Assembly: GCA_964468345.1 (NCBI GenBank)
Contig: CAYXVZ010000018.1
Span: 28,277-92,276 of the forward strand
Direction: 5' to 3'
DNA: 64,000 nt
Source of the DNA: an uncultured Heliobacteriaceae bacterium
Lineage (GTDB): Bacteria > Acidobacteriota > Blastocatellia > RBC074
The notes under the pieces were generated by a model. It did not search any database. It worked only from the letters and a program-made list of their open reading frames with translations, and had not been told where the DNA came from. The position numbers and the translations under genes were made by a program. Below are positions 56,211 through 64,000 of the stretch, one piece after another; positions within the stretch are counted from its first letter, which is position 1, and each line of letters starts with the position of its first letter.

Positions 56211-57386
56211 TTAGTTCTGCCCCTGCAGTTCGCGCTGCAGGCGTTTCATCTCGCCATGCACGGCATGCAGCGTCATCAGTGCATGCAGCGGATGCGCGCC
56301 GGCCTGCACGATGCGGCCCGCGTTATCGCTGATCTTCGCGGAGTTCCCGACCTCGGCCAGCGCGCGGGCGGCATCGACGCACTCTTCACCGATCTGGTAT
56401 TCCGCAATCACGCGATCGAAATCCTGGAGCAGGCGGCGGCGCAGCTCCCCATTCGTGCGCATATCGAATAACAACTTGTTCAGGTGATAGGCGCTGGCCG
56501 GCGGATGCACATAAAACTGAAAACCGCCTTCCTTGAAATCCAGCCCGCCGTATTTCGGAAGCGCTTCGGCGGCGACCTGCGCCTGTCGATCGCGCGCGGG
56601 CAGGAAGCGCATCATCGCGTGCCCGTGATGCCAGGTCGGCGTGTATTGCACCAGCTCGCCCGGCACCCGGCCGATCGCGCCGAGCAGCACGGCCCATGGC
56701 AGCAGTTCCGTGTTTCCCGCCGCGTCGAGTTGTTCCGAGGTCAAGTCGAGAACCGCGTCGATATTGCCTTTTTCCAGTTCCTGAATGACCCAGCGATCGA
56801 AGCCGAATTCGGGCTGCGGATATTTCCAGGTGCCCGGGTAATGCGACATGCCCCCGCTGGCGATGATCGCGACACGCTCCGGCCGCGAAGCCACGAATTT
56901 TGCAATCTCGGCTCCAAGCGCGGCGCATCGCTTCGCGCTCGGCAGCGGCGGCATATAGACATTCGTATGAATCGGAACGATGGGGATTGCGCGGCCTTCG
57001 ATCACATATTCGAAAGGGACGGCAAAGGTGTGGCCGAGCACGGCATCTTCGGAATAAGCAAAATCGAATCCCGCCTCGACGACATGACAAAGCAGCCTTT
57101 CGGCCATCTCACGCTGAATCGGCAGGTCATACTTGCGACCGGCAAATTCGGCAATCGCGCGGTTGCCTGCGACGATGGCGAAGGTCGGCACGCAACCGAT
57201 GGAAAAAGTTTCGAGGTGATCGCTGCCGAGAAAGAGAATCACGTCCGGTTTCGCTTCATCGAGCAGCTTGCCCAATTCGCGCATTCCGGCAATCGAGGCA
57301 TTCAATTGATCGTGATCTTCATCCGGCGGAAAGGTGAATAATTGCGGCGCATGGCAGGTCGCCATCGCGGCTACGATTTCTCCCAT
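56211..57386 (-). CDS. class III extradiol ring-cleavage dioxygenase, LigB-like catalytic domain fused to LigA-like C-terminal domain (gallate / protocatechuate 4,5-dioxygenase type)
   Basis: 391 aa. N-terminal LigB fold with His ligands (AMATCHAPQ, HTNVY). C-terminal ~110 aa LigA-like. Same architecture as GalA/DesB. Confidence 0.82.
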   Translation of the reverse strand: MGEIVAAMATCHAPQLFTFPPDEDHDQLNASIAGMRELGKLLDEAKPDVILFLGSDHLETFSIGCVPTFAIVAGNRAIAEFAGRKYDLPIQREMAERLLCHVVEAGFDFAYSEDAVLGHTFAVPFEYVIEGRAIPIVPIHTNVYMPPLPSAKRCAALGAEIAKFVASRPERVAIIASGGMSHYPGTWKYPQPEFGFDRWVIQELEKGNIDAVLDLTSEQLDAAGNTELLPWAVLLGAIGRVPGELVQYTPTWHHGHAMMRFLPARDRQAQVAAEALPKYGGLDFKEGGFQFYVHPPASAYHLNKLLFDMRTNGELRRRLLQDFDRVIAEYQIGEECVDAARALAEVGNSAKISDNAGRIVQAGAHPLHALMTLHAVHGEMKRLQRELQGQN

Positions 57387-57435
57387 ATGAATTCCTTTAT
57401 GTGTTTATCTACGCCACGAGAAACGAAGAGTAAAT

Positions 57436-57516
57436 GAAATCAAAAGGCAAATATCAAAGGGTAAAAATGTCCGGCAAGAAGTTATTTCTAAAGGAAAAGT
57501 CCGAACTTTTGCCTTT
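57436..57516. repeat. family-C hairpin (GAAATCAAAAGGCAAA...TTTGCCTTTTGATTTC) preceded by a solo family-A half-site (57408-57428)
   Basis: Downstream of the aldolase gene stop. Confidence 0.8.
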
Positions 57517-57559
57517 TGATTTCTTTGTCGTTGTTTTGACGATATCGAGCCCGATCGAA

Positions 57560-58237
57560 CTAATCGACATACTCGACGCCGAGTTCCTTGAGTTTCGCGC
57601 GCAGGCCGTAAAAATCGAGGCCGAGTTCGCCCGCCTTGAGTTTCTCGCGGGACTTTTCTTCTTTTTCGATCCGCTTTTTGCCGAGTTCGGCGACCTGGGC
57701 GGCAAGTTCGCGTTTGACGACGACGACGCCGTCGATATCGCCGATGAGGCAATCGCCCGGCCGCACCAGCGCGCCCGCGCAGACGACATCGATGTTCACC
57801 GAGCCGGGCGTCGCCTTCACCGTCCCTTGCGCCGAGATCGCTTTGGACCAGACGGGAAAGTCCATGGCGGTCAGGTCCGCGACATCCCGCACGCCGGCAT
57901 CGATAATAAGCCCGGCGATGCCATGCGCCCGGCACGAGGTCGCGAGCAGTTCGCCGAACATGCCATCGGTCGATTCAGAGGTCGTCGTGACGACGAGCAC
58001 ATCGCCCGGCCGGCAAACTTCGACGGCGGCGTGAATCATCAGGTTATCGCCCGGCTGGCATGAGACCGTCACAGCGGCCCCCGCGACCCGAGCCGATGGA
58101 TAAATCGGCCGCATATACGGCGCGAGCAATCCGGTGCGACCCTGGGCTTCATGAATCGTCGCCACGCCCTGTCCGCCGAGAGTTTCGATCACGCCCGGAT
58201 CGGCGCGCTCGATAGTGCGAATGATTTGATGCTTCAC
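57560..58237 (-). CDS. ligK: 4-carboxy-4-hydroxy-2-oxoadipate / 4-hydroxy-4-methyl-2-oxoglutarate aldolase (RraA-like, LigK/GalC type)
   Basis: RraA/MenG fold motifs. GTG start at 58237, 8 nt after GGAGG. The 355-aa ORF-track version is an upstream extension overlapping the next gene. Confidence 0.82.
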   Translation of the reverse strand: MKHQIIRTIERADPGVIETLGGQGVATIHEAQGRTGLLAPYMRPIYPSARVAGAAVTVSCQPGDNLMIHAAVEVCRPGDVLVVTTTSESTDGMFGELLATSCRAHGIAGLIIDAGVRDVADLTAMDFPVWSKAISAQGTVKATPGSVNIDVVCAGALVRPGDCLIGDIDGVVVVKRELAAQVAELGKKRIEKEEKSREKLKAGELGLDFYGLRAKLKELGVEYVD

Positions 58238-58989
58238 GACAGGGCCTCCATCGTGACCTGGGGATAGACGCGCTGAAAGGCTTCGGCATAAACGATGGCC
58301 GGATTGCCGGAATTGCGCCCGCCCTGCGTGCCGCGCCGCTTGGCCACGTCCGTGTAGTAGTTCCACAAATGCACCTGCGCGTCCATGCAATGCATGGCTT
58401 TGACCTTGGTTTCGAAGACGGGCGTGATGTCGAGGATCACATCCGGCTTGAACTCGCACATCTCTGTCTGATGCGGTTCGAAATAAAAGACGGGCGGCGC
58501 GCCCAGATGCTTGTGCGGGCTCGGATAGCCCATCGCCTGCGCATACACGCGCGCGTTCATGGTGAGCTTGGAAGTCTCCACGTGATCGCCGTTGTATGGA
58601 TCGACCGGCGTGTGCGTCATGACGCATGTCGGCTGAAAGCCGCGAAACTCCTGCACCAGTTCCTCTGTGAGCTCCCTCGTCACGCCCAGCGGATAATCGC
58701 CCGCGTCAAAGCAGCGGATCTCCGCCCCCAACACCTCGGCGGCTTTCGTCGCTTCTTCGTGACGAATCTTTTTCACCTGCGCGAGCGTCATGCCTTCTTT
58801 TTTCCAGAGCCCCTGCGATTCGCCGCGCTCTCCATACGATAAACACAGCACGCGAACCCGCGCGCCGCGCGAGGCATAGAGCGCAATCGCGCCGCCCGCG
58901 CGCCAGACGAAATCCGCCGCATGCGCACTGACCACCAGCAATCGTTCCTTCGAAAAATCCATCTCTGTGCTCCAGGTATTTTTAAACAC
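58234..58989 (-). CDS. PIG-L/LmbE-family zinc hydrolase, GalB-like 4-oxalomesaconate hydratase candidate
   Basis: LmbE motifs (VVSAHAADFVWRAGG, HTPVDPYNGDH). Position between the dioxygenase and aldolase genes mirrors the gallate-pathway organisation. Confidence 0.72.
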   Translation of the reverse strand: MFKNTWSTEMDFSKERLLVVSAHAADFVWRAGGAIALYASRGARVRVLCLSYGERGESQGLWKKEGMTLAQVKKIRHEEATKAAEVLGAEIRCFDAGDYPLGVTRELTEELVQEFRGFQPTCVMTHTPVDPYNGDHVETSKLTMNARVYAQAMGYPSPHKHLGAPPVFYFEPHQTEMCEFKPDVILDITPVFETKVKAMHCMDAQVHLWNYYTDVAKRRGTQGGRNSGNPAIVYAEAFQRVYPQVTMEALS

Positions 58990-59128
58990 GAAGAAACGAA
59001 GAGCACGAAGAAGCAGGAGAAGCGTTGCTAACGATATTCATATCAGCACCTGCTTATTAAAATTATCGCTGCACCTAAGTGCCATTCGAGACCTTACGCC
59101 TTCGTGCTCTTCGTTTCTTCGTGGTTTC
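58987..59128. repeat. family-A element with an 85-nt loop
   Basis: CACGAAGAAACGAAGAGCACGAAGAA at 58987-59012. CCTTCGTGCTCTTCGTTTCTTCGTGG at 59099-59124. Confidence 0.85.
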
Positions 59129-59133
59129 CTCAT

Positions 59134-60063
59134 TCACTCCACCAGACTGGCGGGAATCGTCGCGGCCATTTGATTGATTTCGGCTTTCTTGAATCCCGCG
59201 TCCAGCAATCGCTGGGCGAACATCGCAAAGCCGCCCGCGACCGGCGGATTGGTTTTCTGTCCCAGATCGGTGGCCAGCAGCGTCCGATTGATGCCGGCGC
59301 GCCAGATATTGGCGAAGACCGCTTCCCAGGGCGCTTTGTTCGTGTGAAAGGTCGTGAAGCAATGTTCGATAATCGCGCCGAGATCGGCCAGTTCCGCCTG
59401 TTCGTCGCCGCTCAGATTCTGAGAAGGGAACTCGGCATGCGTGATCACGATGCGCTGGACGCCGCGGGCCCGCGCCTCTTTGACCAAGGGGAAGATTTCA
59501 TGTCGTCCCAGATGACCCGTCGCCATGATCATGTTGTATTTCGCGATCAGCTCCAGGCACTGCACGGTGTCGGCGGTGATCTTGCCGTCTTCATCGAGCA
59601 CCGTCATGGGCGGCCGCGTGATGCCGGCGGCGGCGATTTCGCGTTGAATCTTCGCCCAAAACGGCAACTTTTCATTTCCGCCATCCAGGCGGCCCGCCGT
59701 CTCATTGGCCGCATCCACGGTCGGCATCCAGACGATCTTGGCGCCCGATCGGCCGGCGATTTCGACCGCCACCGGATTCAATCCGCCCACGCTGTGATTG
59801 AGCGTGATCGCGCCATAAGCTCGAATGCCCGGCACACATTTCGTTACGACGGCGGCGCGCTCCGCGGTGGGAATGTAATGCGATTTCAGCACAAAGCCTT
59901 TCAGCCCGTGCACGAGAAATTCCTTTGCCAGGTCCACATCGTCAATCCGCCGTTCGATCACATCCGGCGCGACGTGGACTTGCAGATCATACGCTCCTTC
60001 GATTGCTTCCCATGCGGCATCCGTAACCGGCACAGCTCCCGCGCCGGCGCTTTCTTCGCTCAT
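59134..60063 (-). CDS. amidohydrolase-2 family TIM-barrel hydrolase (LigI/LigJ-like candidate)
   Basis: Start at ATG 60063 (AGGAG RBS). Metal-ligand His/Asp pattern (HVAPD...ITHAEF...ATDLG). Confidence 0.72.
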   Translation of the reverse strand: MSEESAGAGAVPVTDAAWEAIEGAYDLQVHVAPDVIERRIDDVDLAKEFLVHGLKGFVLKSHYIPTAERAAVVTKCVPGIRAYGAITLNHSVGGLNPVAVEIAGRSGAKIVWMPTVDAANETAGRLDGGNEKLPFWAKIQREIAAAGITRPPMTVLDEDGKITADTVQCLELIAKYNMIMATGHLGRHEIFPLVKEARARGVQRIVITHAEFPSQNLSGDEQAELADLGAIIEHCFTTFHTNKAPWEAVFANIWRAGINRTLLATDLGQKTNPPVAGGFAMFAQRLLDAGFKKAEINQMAATIPASLVE

Positions 60064-60170
60064 ATACGCTCCTGCTTCCGTGTAAAAGTTTAGTTGATGA
60101 AAGATTCGATTTCTGCGGGAATTTGCGAGTGCAGTATGTGGATCCGGCCTGTTTCTGTCAAGGGATTCGA

Positions 60171-60192
60171 CAAAACTGATATGACAGTTTTG
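60171..60192. promoter_or_regulatory. palindrome CAAAACTG-N6-CAGTTTTG, candidate GntR/FadR-type operator
   Basis: Perfect 8-bp arms in the divergent region. The half-motif TATGACAG is repeated at 60304. Confidence 0.3.
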
Positions 60193-60325
60193 CAATAATC
60201 CGGCGATCCGGCGCCTAATCCTGACTGCGACCCGAATATTAAATGGAAGGGCTTTCCGAAATGTTTGCCCGGGTAGCCCTGTCTTTCCTCACATCCGGTA
60301 CTGGTATGACAGCGAAGCGAAAATC

Positions 60326-60355
60326 TTGACACAACCTTCTGCGGCGGGCCATACT
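60326..60355 (+). promoter_or_regulatory. putative sigma70-like promoter TTGACA-18-CATACT for the GntR gene
   Basis: Hexamer match only. Confidence 0.2.
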
Positions 60356-60398
60356 ACCTGTGCGTGCAAACCTTTATATGGCAAGCAGGAAATCGAAG

Positions 60399-61139
60399 AT
60401 GAACGATTCACAGGAAAGCGTCAGCCTGGCCGTGGAAGCCTATGTCACTTTGCGGGAGCGGATCTTGCGAGGTGAGCTTGCGATCGGAAAGGTCATCTCG
60501 CGACGAAAGATCGCGGGCGAGCTGGGGATGAGCATGCTGCCGGTGTCGGAAGCCCTGCAGCGGCTGGAATTCGAAGGGCTGCTGGAAAGCCGGCCGCGCG
60601 CGGGAACCCGCGTCAAGATTCCCACGGAAGAAGAAGTCAAAGGTCATTACATCGTTCGCGAAGCCCTGGAAGTCCAGGCGGCCCGCCTGTTCGCCACGCT
60701 TGCCACGCAGACGGAGCGAACCGAACTGCAGCGTCTGGCGGCGCGCGTCGATGCGCTCTCTTCGCAGGCCGAAGGCGATCGCTTTCTCTATCTGACCCTG
60801 CATGAAAAACTTCATCGCCGCATCGCCGAATGCACGCATTGCCGGCCGCTTTGCGATGCGATCGAGAAAAATCAGGTGCTGGCTTCCACCTGGCTCTGCG
60901 TTCCCCGCCCGTCGAATACACAGGAACCTTCGCGCCGCCATCAGGATCTGATCGATGTCCTGGTTAAGGGAAATCCGGACAAGGCCGCCGAAGCCATGCA
61001 AAAGCATATTCACAATGCCTTGCGTAACACGCTCGGCCGGCTCGCCTCTTATTTCCAGCTTCGCGAAGCAAGCGATGCCGTCTATACACGAACGAATAAG
61101 CCATCGCGCCGTTCAGCCGATCGTCCCAATAAAAAATAG
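60399..61139 (+). CDS. GntR-family (FadR/FCD subfamily) transcriptional regulator
   Basis: wHTH (ISRRKIAGELGMSMLPVSEALQRLEFEGLLESRPRAGTRV) plus FCD domain. Start at ATG 60399 after AGGAAA. Confidence 0.85.
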   Translation: MNDSQESVSLAVEAYVTLRERILRGELAIGKVISRRKIAGELGMSMLPVSEALQRLEFEGLLESRPRAGTRVKIPTEEEVKGHYIVREALEVQAARLFATLATQTERTELQRLAARVDALSSQAEGDRFLYLTLHEKLHRRIAECTHCRPLCDAIEKNQVLASTWLCVPRPSNTQEPSRRHQDLIDVLVKGNPDKAAEAMQKHIHNALRNTLGRLASYFQLREASDAVYTRTNKPSRRSADRPNKK

Positions 61140-61709
61140 GTCCGGTTGCCTTATCGTAATTTTACCTGCTCAGGTTATTTCACAAAGGTTCACTCTCTCG
61201 GAGATTCATACCTCTCGCTCCGCTAGGAGCGAAATGTCTATAGCGGCTTTTTCCCGTGATGCTATAAAGACGTCGCTCCTGAATCGGGCCAAACAAGATT
61301 GATACACAACGAAGTGTCTTATTCCGACTTAGAAAGCTTGTATCTGATCACACCTATTTTTCCCACAGGGTGAAATCTTGTGAGTAAGTACGAAATTTGC
61401 GATAGCATGATGTAAGCAGGAATCGCCGCTGACGTTTATTCTGGAACAGAGGCTGAAGAAATCGTGGAACTGTAGATTGTTAAGACCGAAATAGTATGGG
61501 GGCGCTTTCGCACCCCCGATTTCAGCAGCTTCCTCATTCGAGGATTTATCGCTGCCAGTTGCATCGATTATAGCATCCCCGGAAAAATAACCAAGATGTT
61601 TTTTGTCCGCGGGGGAATTTCATTTGCTGGCGACTAAATTCTTGCAAATGTCATATCGAAGGAAACCATATTTATAAAGTCATTCCTCCCATGCGAATGG
61701 AATGAGAGT

Positions 61710-62288
61710 TCAATACTCACATGTCAGAATGCGCCGACGGCCATCGCGATCAATGCTCAGATCGATGCCGAGTATTTTCCCCGCGAGACCGCGCAGAATT
61801 TCGTCTTCGAGTTGTCCGTTGGAAGGACAGTCAATCCACGGTGACGGGTCGTTGCCGGAAACACCACCTCGCTTCGCCTGAAAGCGGGCTGCAATCTGAA
61901 TCTGCGAGCGTTTTTCATCCAGCGGCAGAGCAAGTATCTCCAGGGAGACGCGTCCCGCCACGAAGGACTGGACGTCGGCCGCGCGGGGATTTGTGTAATG
62001 CGTCAGATCGGATTGCGAGGTGACGCCTCGAGCGAATGCAATGTATTCCGTAACAAGCTTTTCTCCGTTGGCAGTAGCTCCCTCCCCTTTTTCCCGCAAG
62101 GGCATTTTGCAGACCGACAGAATTTCGCGGGCCGCATCCAGCACCTGCTGGCGGGTAACATTGATGGTATAAGGCGTCGGGAGCGGCTTTGTGTTCTTGG
62201 GCCGGTCAAAAGTCAGTTGCGCCATTACGGTAGTGGACAACCAGACCAGGCAGAAAACGCTTCCCGCAAAAACGGACTTCAACTTCAT
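61710..62288 (-). CDS. secreted hypothetical protein
   Basis: Signal peptide (MKLKSVFAGSVFCLVWLSTTVMA). 192 aa. No family recognised. Confidence 0.6.
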   Translation of the reverse strand: MKLKSVFAGSVFCLVWLSTTVMAQLTFDRPKNTKPLPTPYTINVTRQQVLDAAREILSVCKMPLREKGEGATANGEKLVTEYIAFARGVTSQSDLTHYTNPRAADVQSFVAGRVSLEILALPLDEKRSQIQIAARFQAKRGGVSGNDPSPWIDCPSNGQLEDEILRGLAGKILGIDLSIDRDGRRRILTCEY

Positions 62289-62335
62289 ATACGATCATTC
62301 CTTTCCGGGAACTTCGATCCTCCTCATTGAATAAT

Positions 62336-62465
62336 TCACCACGAAGAAGCGAAGAGCACGAAGCAGCAGAGAGAAAACGGAATAGACGGAAATAACGGAA
62401 CGGACGGACAGAGAAAATACTCTGATCCGTCTGTTCCGTTATTTCCGTCTATTCCGTTTTCTCCT
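62336..62465. repeat. chimeric element: solo family-A arm (62336-62362) abutting a family-B hairpin (62374-62465)
   Basis: CACCACGAAGAAGCGAAGAGCACGAAG then GAGAAAACGGAATAGACGGAAATAACGGAACGGACGG ... reverse complement. Confidence 0.85.
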
Positions 62466-62746
62466 TCTTCCAAACAAATTTCCTGCTCAAAAAAACAAGA
62501 AGTTGCTTTTTTGTTTCACGAAAGGAACGCATTAACACTGCAACTTCTTCCGCCTCGCTTATCGTTTCGGGGTTTAACAAAATATTGACCACAACGACGA
62601 GCGAGGATTTTTGCTACTCCCCGCGGCGAGTGAAGCAATAAGTGTTCCCGCGCCTGCCTTGCCTGCGTACTTTTTCAAGGTATTTCCGAGGCACAGCCAT
62701 TGCTGTATGAAAGACATCCTTTCAATTTTTGGGAAGAGGAGTAACT

Positions 62747-63934
62747 ATGCGCGGGAACGGATTGCATATCGGGCGGCTCTTCGGCATCTCGATCTTTCTC
62801 GACTGGAGTTGGATTTTTATCTTTTTGCTGGTGACCTGGAGCCTGGCTGGAGGCGTGTTTCCAGAGTGGCATCCGGAATGGAGCGCGGCCATGAACTGGG
62901 GCGTCGCGCTGGCGGCTTCCCTTTTGTTTTTCCTGTCGATTTTGTTGCATGAATTGTCGCACTCGCTGGTAGCCAAAGCGCGCGGGTTGCCGGTCCGCCG
63001 GATCACCTTGTTTCTGTTCGGCGGCGTATCGAACTTGGAGCGCGAGCCGCCCTCTCCCGGAACGGAATTCGTGATGGCCGTCGTGGGACCGATCACCAGT
63101 CTGGCCCTGGGTGTTCTATTTCTGTTGCTGGGATTTTCGCTTTCGGGCATCGCCCCCAATTGGCGCGTCAATCCGATCGGCGCCCTCTCGCAGCTCGATC
63201 CCGTCTCGACGCTGCTTCTCTGGCTCGGGCCGGTCAATATCATGCTGGGCATATTCAATCTGATTCCGGCCTTTCCGCTCGATGGGGGTCGCATTCTGCG
63301 CTCAGCCTTCTGGGCCGCAACCAATGATCTGCGCCGCGCAACGCGATGGGCGGCCGGCGTGGGACAGATGATTGCGTGGATGTTCATCATTGCAGGGATC
63401 GCCATGGTCTTTGGCGCGCGTCTGCCCTTTGTAGGCTCCGGTCTGATCAATGGCCTGTGGCTGGCGTTTATCGGCTGGTTTCTCAATTCCGCCGCCGCGA
63501 CCAGCTATCAACAGGTCGTGATCAAAGATCTGCTCGAAGACATTCCCGTCGAGCGGATCATGCGGCAACAGGGGCCGACGGTGTCTCCGGATTTGACGGT
63601 GAGCGATCTGGTGTATACCTGGATTATGGGCACTGAAGAGCGCGCCTTCCCCGTGATGACCGAAGGGCGTCTCGTCGGTCTGGTCGCCCTTGAAGATGTT
63701 CGCCGCCTGCCCCGCGAAGCATGGGAGCGAACCACGGTCGGCGACATCATGACGCGGGCGGAACAACTGGCCATCACTTCTCCGCAGGAAGACGCCAGCG
63801 CCGCGCTCGAAAAACTCGAACGCCGCAATGTGCATCAGATCCCGGTGTTGAAAGACGGCGCGCTGGTGGGGCTGCTTCGCCGCCGCGATATTATTCGATG
63901 GCTTCAATTGCAATCGGAATTTTCGGTCAGCTAA
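62747..63934 (+). CDS. site-2 protease (M50 family) with tandem C-terminal CBS domains
   Basis: HELSHS zinc motif. NLIPAFPLDGG second motif. Two CBS domains. TTG at 62729 is an alternative start. Confidence 0.85.
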   Translation: MRGNGLHIGRLFGISIFLDWSWIFIFLLVTWSLAGGVFPEWHPEWSAAMNWGVALAASLLFFLSILLHELSHSLVAKARGLPVRRITLFLFGGVSNLEREPPSPGTEFVMAVVGPITSLALGVLFLLLGFSLSGIAPNWRVNPIGALSQLDPVSTLLLWLGPVNIMLGIFNLIPAFPLDGGRILRSAFWAATNDLRRATRWAAGVGQMIAWMFIIAGIAMVFGARLPFVGSGLINGLWLAFIGWFLNSAAATSYQQVVIKDLLEDIPVERIMRQQGPTVSPDLTVSDLVYTWIMGTEERAFPVMTEGRLVGLVALEDVRRLPREAWERTTVGDIMTRAEQLAITSPQEDASAALEKLERRNVHQIPVLKDGALVGLLRRRDIIRWLQLQSEFSVS

Positions 63935-63956
63935 ATAAAACCAAGCAAGAAAGGCA

Positions 63957-64000
63957 CAACCACGAAGAAACGAAGAGCACGAAGAAAAGATTGAAGGCCT
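63957..64000. repeat. family-A left arm (AACCACGAAGAAACGAAGAGCACGAAGAAAAG); partner presumably beyond the window edge
   Basis: Exact family-A word directly after the site-2 protease stop. Confidence 0.7.

Noticed and set aside
57560-58627. 355-aa version of the aldolase ORF
   Set aside because: The upstream 130 codons overlap the PIG-L hydratase gene in another frame. A GGAGG-N8-GTG start at 58237 gives a canonical ~225-aa RraA/LigK-size protein.

Overview
High-GC bacterial chromosomal segment of about 50 genes. The gene content is typical of a soil Acidobacteria-like organism (inference from protein types only: many secreted BNR, TonB-dependent-like, pectinolytic and aromatic-catabolic proteins). 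Housekeeping genes: pdxH, glyQS, uppP, DAHP synthase, argS, two SurA-like PPIases, a YhaM-like RNase, a UbiD-family decarboxylase, a Tat-exported Fe/Mn SOD, egtD and tlyA. Functional islands: (i) an NAD salvage operon pncB / macro-domain / pncA with the Nudix-family regulator NrtR and a candidate operator palindrome; (ii) an ACS-family MFS transporter followed by two tandem phosphohexomutase paralogs, the first missing the catalytic phosphoserine; (iii) a flotillin (SPFH) protein with an internal triple repeat plus an upstream membrane partner; (iv) a LysR-controlled pectin-degradation pair with unusual domain fusions (GH43-like+PL10 and GH28+CE12); (v) an aromatic meta-cleavage cluster (pobA, fused LigB/LigA-type dioxygenase, PIG-L-type hydratase, LigK/GalC aldolase, amidohydrolase, GntR regulator). 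No rRNA, tRNA, CRISPR array, transposase or integrase gene was seen (the only mobile-element-like material is the putative MITE/REP-like hairpin elements noted next). The most striking structure not explained by genes is a dense set of long, often perfect hairpins built from short purine-rich words (for example CACGAAGAAACGAAGAGCACGAAG, ACGGAACAAACGGAAATAACGG, AAAGGCAAATATCAAAAGGCAAAAG, and the heptamers GGCGAGT / GGGGCGA / CTGCCGA). They sit at almost every transcription-unit boundary, several families are dispersed in 2 to 8 copies, some are chimeric, and some overlap stop codons so that they encode the last codons of proteins. They also generate many spurious antisense and overlapping ORFs in the six-frame track.
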